Positions 58,800 to 64,000 of a DNA stretch of 64,000 bases are shown here, piece by piece. The notes under the pieces were generated by a model that did not search any database, was not told where the DNA came from, and was given only the letters and a program-made list of their open reading frames with translations. Position numbers and translations under genes: made by a program. This DNA is from Escherichia phage N2: sequence record ON645936.1; one strand, written 5' to 3'. Position 1 is the first letter of the stretch, and the number at the start of each line of letters is the position of its first letter.

Positions 58800-58841
58800 A
58801 TATACCCCTTTAGTTAGATAAACCTATTTATAACTTTTACA

Positions 58842-59423
58842 CTAACCGAGCTTTTTAGTTAATTCATTCCAGTGTTTTCTACACAAAGAAACATAAATTT
58901 CATCACCAATACAGATTTGATTACCTTCTTTAACTGGTGTTCCATCTTCCATTAATCGAGCTGTCATAATAGCTTTTTTACCACAATGACAAACTGCTTT
59001 TAGTTCAATAAGTTTATCTGCAATCGCCAAAAGTTCTTTAGAACCTTCAAATAATTTTCCAGCGAAATCAGTCCTTAGACCATAAGCCATAACAGGAACA
59101 TTATATGTATCAACAATTCGGCTTAATTGATGCACCTGTTCAGTTTTTAAAAACTGGGCTTCATCTACAAATACACAATGAATATCTTTTTGTGCTTCAG
59201 CCCATTTATAGAACTCAAAAATATCCATATCATCCGTAATAATATTCGCTTCCTGTTTAATTCCAATGCGAGAAACGACTTCACAGACAGAATCGCGAGT
59301 ATCAATAGCAGGCTTAAGAACTAATACACCCATTCCGCGTTCTTTATAATTATGCGCAGCAGTCAAAAGAGAAGCAGATTTTCCAGCATTCATTGCTGCA
59401 TACGTAAAAATTAAACTCGCCAT
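58842..59423 (-). CDS. tk: thymidine kinase
   Basis: 193 aa; P-loop MNAGKSASLL. Confidence 0.9.
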   Translation of the reverse strand: MASLIFTYAAMNAGKSASLLTAAHNYKERGMGVLVLKPAIDTRDSVCEVVSRIGIKQEANIITDDMDIFEFYKWAEAQKDIHCVFVDEAQFLKTEQVHQLSRIVDTYNVPVMAYGLRTDFAGKLFEGSKELLAIADKLIELKAVCHCGKKAIMTARLMEDGTPVKEGNQICIGDEIYVSLCRKHWNELTKKLG

Positions 59424-59432
59424 ATCACCTTC

Positions 59433-59639
59433 TTAAAGCGTATTCACATAAGCTATTAATTCATTTTCTTTCTTATCAAACCGATCAGCAAATTCTTCCT
59501 GTTGTTCGGGAGATAGCGGGCCGTATTCATCATAAAAGGTGTTTGCTTCTGTATGCTCATCTAGAAGTTCATGGATAAGCTCAAACAATTTATCTTTTTG
59601 TTCTTTACTCAGACTCATAACCATTGCACCTTTAAGCAA
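59433..59639 (-). CDS. hypothetical protein
   Basis: 68-aa acidic ORF. Confidence 0.4.
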   Translation of the reverse strand: MLKGAMVMSLSKEQKDKLFELIHELLDEHTEANTFYDEYGPLSPEQQEEFADRFDKKENELIAYVNTL

Positions 59640-59827
59640 TATTCTTCTACATGCTGTTTACGTTTATTTTTATCTATAAAAGTATATTCAACATATTCAC
59701 CGATATACCATTTATCAGTGTTGTGTTGACTTTTTATAGGACATTTGGTTACTCGAGTTTCGGTCCAGCGTCGAATAATTTCCGCTTTGTTTTTAGGGTC
59801 AAACGGATGCGGGTAATGTGCTTTCAT
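59615..59827 (-). CDS. hypothetical protein
   Basis: 70-aa ORF. Confidence 0.4.
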   Translation of the reverse strand: MKAHYPHPFDPKNKAEIIRRWTETRVTKCPIKSQHNTDKWYIGEYVEYTFIDKNKRKQHVEEYCLKVQWL

Positions 59828-60278
59828 AATCCACCACTATTAAATCAATATCAGGAGTAAACATGTCGATTAATTTAGAAACCTTATCCCAATCGCCGCC
59901 AGCAATACCACAACCTATGCGTGGAATATAAATTACTGGTTTAAACAAAAGGGTCTCTGCCTGTAGATTTAATTCTATCATGCAGTTTACTAAAGCACCA
60001 TAATCAAGATTAGGACCTGGTTCGTATTGCGTATACAGGTTATAGCATATACCAAATCCTGTAGGATTATGTTTAAAAACAATAGACATATCGCCTAATT
60101 TATCACGAGAACCGTACTCAGTAGTGGTTTTATCTATTTCTAAAATTTTAGGATAGGCCCTTGCTAATTGACCTGCTACACCTGAACCCATAGTATGAAA
60201 ACAATTGCACCCGTGCGCAATAATATTACCTTGAAGAAATAGGGCGACAATATCGCCCTTGATATATTTTACAATCAT
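59799..60278 (-). CDS. macro-domain-like protein
   Basis: 159 aa; GDIV...QGNIIAHGCNC...MGSGVAGQL pattern. Confidence 0.5.
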   Translation of the reverse strand: MIVKYIKGDIVALFLQGNIIAHGCNCFHTMGSGVAGQLARAYPKILEIDKTTTEYGSRDKLGDMSIVFKHNPTGFGICYNLYTQYEPGPNLDYGALVNCMIELNLQAETLLFKPVIYIPRIGCGIAGGDWDKVSKLIDMFTPDIDLIVVDYESTLPASV

Positions 60279-60616
60279 CTAGTACTCAATCCTCGATTAT
60301 AAGAATCTACCAAACGGTCAACCATTGAATGACAAGCGGCTTTATCTTTCTCCTCCGCAACTGAACATTCTAAGGTATTCCACTTTTTAGCATATCGTTT
60401 TAATAAAGTATCATTTTTGTATCTGCTTGATTTATCTCTTTCTCCGTCTTTATATGCATATATTAATTTCTGCGCAAATTCAGCTTGGCATGCTTTATTT
60501 TTCCCACAATAATCCGCGGCAGTACGGTTTACATACTCTCTAATTTCAGTGTATGATGTATTTGCTAACACAGAAAATGAAATTAATCCTACACATAAAA
60601 CCAAAATTTTAGTCAT
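60275..60616 (-). CDS. secreted protein
   Basis: 113 aa with N-terminal signal peptide. Confidence 0.45.
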   Translation of the reverse strand: MTKILVLCVGLISFSVLANTSYTEIREYVNRTAADYCGKNKACQAEFAQKLIYAYKDGERDKSSRYKNDTLLKRYAKKWNTLECSVAEEKDKAACHSMVDRLVDSYNRGLSTR

Positions 60617-61154
60617 TTACTATTTCCAACAGTTTATTATTTTTAAGGTAGTTAGCCTTTTCTAGGACTTCAGAAGCATATTTAGAACCTGCTTTAACAT
60701 TCCATCCCGAATTATAAGAGGATATTGCCTTTCTTATATCGCCCTTATGTATATTTAACCAATAAGAAAGTTCAATGTACGCCCAGGAAGCTGAATTGGA
60801 CCGTTTATTCAACATTCTTTTTATTTCGGCATCGGTCATATTATAACCAAGTTCCTTAACTCTTGCTCGCATAGTTGGCAAATAATTTTGGAACATTCCG
60901 TAGGCATGATGCTTTGGTTTAGATTTTAAATTAACTCCGGCAGAGCTTTCTTGCCACAAAATAGCAGCCATTATATGACCCAATCCGCTCTTGTGGATGT
61001 TTTTGTGTGTTTTATATTTTCCATCCTTAGAAAATTGTTCCCCGAATTGATATGCGTAGCGCATGTTATCGAGTTGGACATTACTGAAAGTATGCTCGGA
61101 GCTATGTGCCATCATTGAAATGGCCAATAGACCAGCGAGTAGTGCTTTTCTCAT
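60609..61154 (-). CDS. lytic transglycosylase-like protein with signal peptide
   Basis: 181 aa; ILWQESSAG motif. Confidence 0.5.
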   Translation of the reverse strand: MRKALLAGLLAISMMAHSSEHTFSNVQLDNMRYAYQFGEQFSKDGKYKTHKNIHKSGLGHIMAAILWQESSAGVNLKSKPKHHAYGMFQNYLPTMRARVKELGYNMTDAEIKRMLNKRSNSASWAYIELSYWLNIHKGDIRKAISSYNSGWNVKAGSKYASEVLEKANYLKNNKLLEIVND

Positions 61155-61161
61155 GCTTACC

Positions 61162-61623
61162 TCATTGAGTTTTAATTACTGCTTTAGAAGCCTTTCCTGG
61201 TAAACGACGACTGTTGATAATTGCCATCCTACATTGAAGCGACGGGTCTTTGAACTTCGCATTAGGTTTACAAACTGTGAATCCAAGCCAAAGATTTCCA
61301 TCTGTGATTTCTAAACGTCCAGGGCGATATTCAACCCCATCAATAAAATCCTCGTCAATGTCAGGACGCGGAGGCATACTCAGGAATTCATTAACTTCTA
61401 AAACATGGTCTTTTATTTTGTGGAATAATTCAAAAACATATGTCTCATCAATCTCCCGTTGAATTGCACGATCAAGAAGATGCTGAGAATATTTTAGATG
61501 AAACGATGAGACCCCTGCTGCTTTTGATGCCTCACGAATCTCATTGTTAATTTGACGAAACTCCGACTCAAAGTGACGACGAAGCTTATTTCGACGGATA
61601 AAAACTTCTGTGTTGATAGTCAT
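61162..61623 (-). CDS. regB: endoribonuclease RegB
   Basis: 153 aa starting MTINTEVFIRRNKL; strong promoter upstream. Confidence 0.8.
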   Translation of the reverse strand: MTINTEVFIRRNKLRRHFESEFRQINNEIREASKAAGVSSFHLKYSQHLLDRAIQREIDETYVFELFHKIKDHVLEVNEFLSMPPRPDIDEDFIDGVEYRPGRLEITDGNLWLGFTVCKPNAKFKDPSLQCRMAIINSRRLPGKASKAVIKTQ

Positions 61624-61650
61624 GTTATTCTCCTCTTAACTGATAGAAAA

Positions 61651-61680
61651 ATTATACCACAGTCAAGAGGAAAAGTAAAC
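61651..61680 (-). promoter_or_regulatory. sigma70-type early promoter upstream of regB
   Basis: minus strand GTTTACT-N17-TGgTATAAT. Confidence 0.6.
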
Positions 61681-61682
61681 AG

Positions 61683-62003
61683 TTATTCTTTAAATCTAAT
61701 CAATTTATTCATAGACTTTGAAACTTCTGCACGAACCTCATGTAGGTTTTTAAGCTGTTCAAGACGTTGCTCATAGTAAGCAATTTCATCTTCTTCGAGA
61801 CAGTCCTGTGAATCTTCTTTAAGATAACGTGCGTAGTCCTGGAAAGCTTTACGGACTACTTCTTGGAAGTCATCAAGACTTTGAATTTTCTTAGGAGCAA
61901 CAGATACACGACGAGGGGCAGTATAATACTCATAACCAAACCCTGCGCTTAATTGAGCCATTAATATTTTTCCTCTGGTTGGAACACTGCGCGACAAGCC
62001 CAC
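61683..62003 (-). CDS. hypothetical protein
   Basis: 106-aa ORF. Confidence 0.45.
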   Translation of the reverse strand: MGLSRSVPTRGKILMAQLSAGFGYEYYTAPRRVSVAPKKIQSLDDFQEVVRKAFQDYARYLKEDSQDCLEEDEIAYYEQRLEQLKNLHEVRAEVSKSMNKLIRFKE

Positions 62004-62227
62004 ATACTGGCTTCTTTGAGTTTCGTTTTAGCAATAGTTAACTGATCGAGGCTTTCGGCGTAATTCTTCGCAAGTTCATCATCTTCACAGCTATCAAATG
62101 CTTCCCAAAATTCATCGTATAAAGCATCAAAGATAAGTCCTAAACGAACTTCAGCGTCTTTGATGGCATTCACTTTACCGATTTTCTTTTCAGTATGTGG
62201 CTTATAACCCTTAATATCTTCAATCAT
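61961..62227 (-). CDS. hypothetical protein
   Basis: 88-aa ORF; start may be internal. Confidence 0.4.
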   Translation of the reverse strand: MIEDIKGYKPHTEKKIGKVNAIKDAEVRLGLIFDALYDEFWEAFDSCEDDELAKNYAESLDQLTIAKTKLKEASMWACRAVFQPEEKY

Positions 62228-62441
62228 ATTTTACTTCCTCGCCAGTACCCAAATCATATTCAACTAAACGAATAGGTTCATGAATGCCATATCCCTGAAC
62301 AGAAATTTCTGTCGTAGGATAAATTCCATCAATATCACCCATATTCCATGCTTCATTAAATTGCTGTTCGCCTGAATTACTAAACCACTCGGCGAAAGCA
62401 TTTAGCACATCTTCAGAACCTTCAATAATTATCTTTGCCAT
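62220..62441 (-). CDS. hypothetical protein
   Basis: 73-aa ORF. Confidence 0.4.
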   Translation of the reverse strand: MAKIIIEGSEDVLNAFAEWFSNSGEQQFNEAWNMGDIDGIYPTTEISVQGYGIHEPIRLVEYDLGTGEEVKYD

Positions 62442-62803
62442 TACAGACTCTCAGTAAAGGTACGAGCGATAACGTCGCGCTGCTGTTCCGGAGTCAGAGA
62501 GTTAAAGCGAACTGCATAACCGGATACACGGATGGTCAGCTGCGGATATTTTTCCGGATGCTTAACTGCATCTTCCAGAGTTTCACGACGCAGAACGTTA
62601 ACGTTCAGGTGTTGACCACCTTCAATTTTAACTGTAGGCTGTTGCTCAATTTCAATTTCACGGGCATGCAAACCGTAGAAAATTTCTGGGTCTACAAAAG
62701 AGTCCTCTTTAAAGGTTTTAGAAACAATAATTCGTGCTTGAATACCATCTTCAAAATAAATAGTACCTTTATGTGTGCCTTCAAGAATTTGATATGCTTT
62801 CAT
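62441..62803 (-). CDS. GrcA/YfiD-like glycyl-radical protein
   Basis: C-terminal half [14 protein letters not shown]...[29 protein letters not shown]. Confidence 0.7.
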   Translation of the reverse strand: MKAYQILEGTHKGTIYFEDGIQARIIVSKTFKEDSFVDPEIFYGLHAREIEIEQQPTVKIEGGQHLNVNVLRRETLEDAVKHPEKYPQLTIRVSGYAVRFNSLTPEQQRDVIARTFTESL

Positions 62804-62809
62804 ATAACC

Positions 62810-63190
62810 TCAATTAGAAAATAAATTTATCCAAGATTGTTCTTTAATTAAAAATGGCTCAGAATCATATGCCATTAAACTTTGGGTGATTAGTCCTTTA
62901 AAAGGCCCATCAATAAATTCCATGGTAAAATATGGAATTTTATTCATTAACTTTGCATTAGGAGCAGTGCACAAAACTCTGCATCCTTTGAATACACCTT
63001 TTTGTAATTTGTATTGCTTAGGATAAAATTCGCTCAAGACGTTGTTATTTGCCAAAATTTCAAAATGATTCACCAATTTATTTTTAATAGTTTTTGGCGA
63101 AAAATAAAGATATTCGAAAAGTTGCGTATCTGTCATCATTGCATTCCAATTACGAAAAACTGCGGACGAGTAATACCACCAATGCAGCAT
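62810..63190 (-). CDS. hypothetical protein
   Basis: 126-aa ORF; likely true start MMTDTQ. Confidence 0.45.
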   Translation of the reverse strand: MLHWWYYSSAVFRNWNAMMTDTQLFEYLYFSPKTIKNKLVNHFEILANNNVLSEFYPKQYKLQKGVFKGCRVLCTAPNAKLMNKIPYFTMEFIDGPFKGLITQSLMAYDSEPFLIKEQSWINLFSN

Positions 63191-63726
63191 TTACTATTGC
63201 AGCAGTGTTGCACAGTTTCAATATGAATATCGTAAATTTTATCCATATCAGGAGATTTAACAGGCTCATCGATTATATACAAAATTCGAGAAAGCGATAA
63301 ACCTCTGAACTTGCTACCTCTATTACCAACAAAACTACGGACAGAATCAGTAAATAAACGGAATCGAATATCATCGCTAGAATAACGAGAAAATTCTTTT
63401 TTAATGCGGCCCGCAGAAATTTTAGCGTAAGCTGAAGTATTAGAAAGAACAATAACTGTTCCACCGTCATACAACCAATTAGCGGCAAAATTAGTTACTG
63501 CAGTTGATTTACCAGATTGTCTGCCACCATCTAAACGAAGTGTACAATATTCTTTAAATAAATGCGACGAATCAGGTACATAAAATCCACTATTACAAAT
63601 TTCTTCTACTCTAGCATCAGAATGGTGTGTAAAAGCATTCATCAGGGATAGATAAGGACCAGTTAAAAATGTTCTCATTTTATTCTCTCTAAATTTGGGC
63701 CATTCCATGGCGCATGAATTGTCCAT
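63136..63726 (-). CDS. P-loop NTPase-like protein
   Basis: 196 aa; GGRQSGKST Walker A. Confidence 0.5.
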   Translation of the reverse strand: MDNSCAMEWPKFRENKMRTFLTGPYLSLMNAFTHHSDARVEEICNSGFYVPDSSHLFKEYCTLRLDGGRQSGKSTAVTNFAANWLYDGGTVIVLSNTSAYAKISAGRIKKEFSRYSSDDIRFRLFTDSVRSFVGNRGSKFRGLSLSRILYIIDEPVKSPDMDKIYDIHIETVQHCCNSKCCIGGITRPQFFVIGMQ

Positions 63727-63918
63727 TTCTGTATTTACCCATTACCGCACTTGGGCTCGACCTTATTACAGGTTGGCGGGAATCCCTCATAGAATCATGA
63801 GGTCCAGGTTGTTCCCATGTTATTTGAATGTAAATATTTTTGCCTTAATACTTATACCAGTGTGGCTTCATTAAAATTTTTTCATCGAGTCATTTTACCT
63901 CTCTAAGTAATTATGAAT

Positions 63919-63948
63919 ATACTATCACAATTTTAGGAGAAAGTAAAC
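63919..63948 (-). promoter_or_regulatory. sigma70-type early promoter
   Basis: minus strand GTTTACT-N17-TGaTAGTAT. Confidence 0.45.
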
Positions 63949-64000
63949 TGTTATTTACCTTTAATTACTTTAGCTGCTTCGATAGCCGCTTGCTGAAGGT

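Noticed and set aside
63727-63960. Possible tRNA or small RNA in the non-coding stretch at the window end
   Set aside because: Only a short hairpin (about 63775..63800) and a promoter were seen; I could not fold a cloverleaf by eye, so no tRNA is called.
1-64000. CRISPR array, integrase or attachment sites, rRNA
   Set aside because: No spaced direct-repeat array, no tyrosine or serine recombinase ORF and no rRNA-like segment; gene content is that of a lytic T-even phage.

Overview
This window reads as ~64 kb of the early/middle gene region of a T-even (T4-like) coliphage: AT-rich, almost all genes on the minus strand, tightly packed with ATGA-type stop/start overlaps. Gene calls rest on motifs read directly from the ORF translations plus gene order recalled from phage T4; no database search was possible. 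Recognisable genes in order: rIIA, a contiguous topoisomerase II large subunit, dexA, dda, srd-like, modA/modB, soc, segF-like, 56, 61, sp, dmd-like, 41, 40, uvsX, a glycosyltransferase where T4 has beta-gt, 42, imm, 43, regA, 62/44/45, rpbA, 46, 47, alpha-gt, 55, nrdH, nrdG, intron-split nrdD, 49, nrdC, rI, tk, regB and a GrcA-like glycyl-radical protein. Accessory content includes about seven homing-endonuclease genes (GIY-YIG and HNH), a group I intron in nrdD, and an AAA-ATPase/nucleotidyltransferase block. Regulatory signals are many sigma70-type promoters of the form GTTTAC-N17-(TGg)TAyTAT, three exact late-promoter octamers TATAAATA, and GC-clamped UUCG/CGAA tetraloop hairpin terminators. 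I found no tRNA, rRNA, CRISPR array or integrase. I could not identify a clearly novel multi-gene system; the most notable observations are a frameshift at an A7 tract, a GC-rich GrcA-like domain, the endonuclease insertions, the glycosyltransferase swap, and promoters embedded in RBS-complementary inverted repeats. ORF starts in the supplied track often use GTG/TTG, so several starts are reassigned here to the first ATG with a Shine-Dalgarno.
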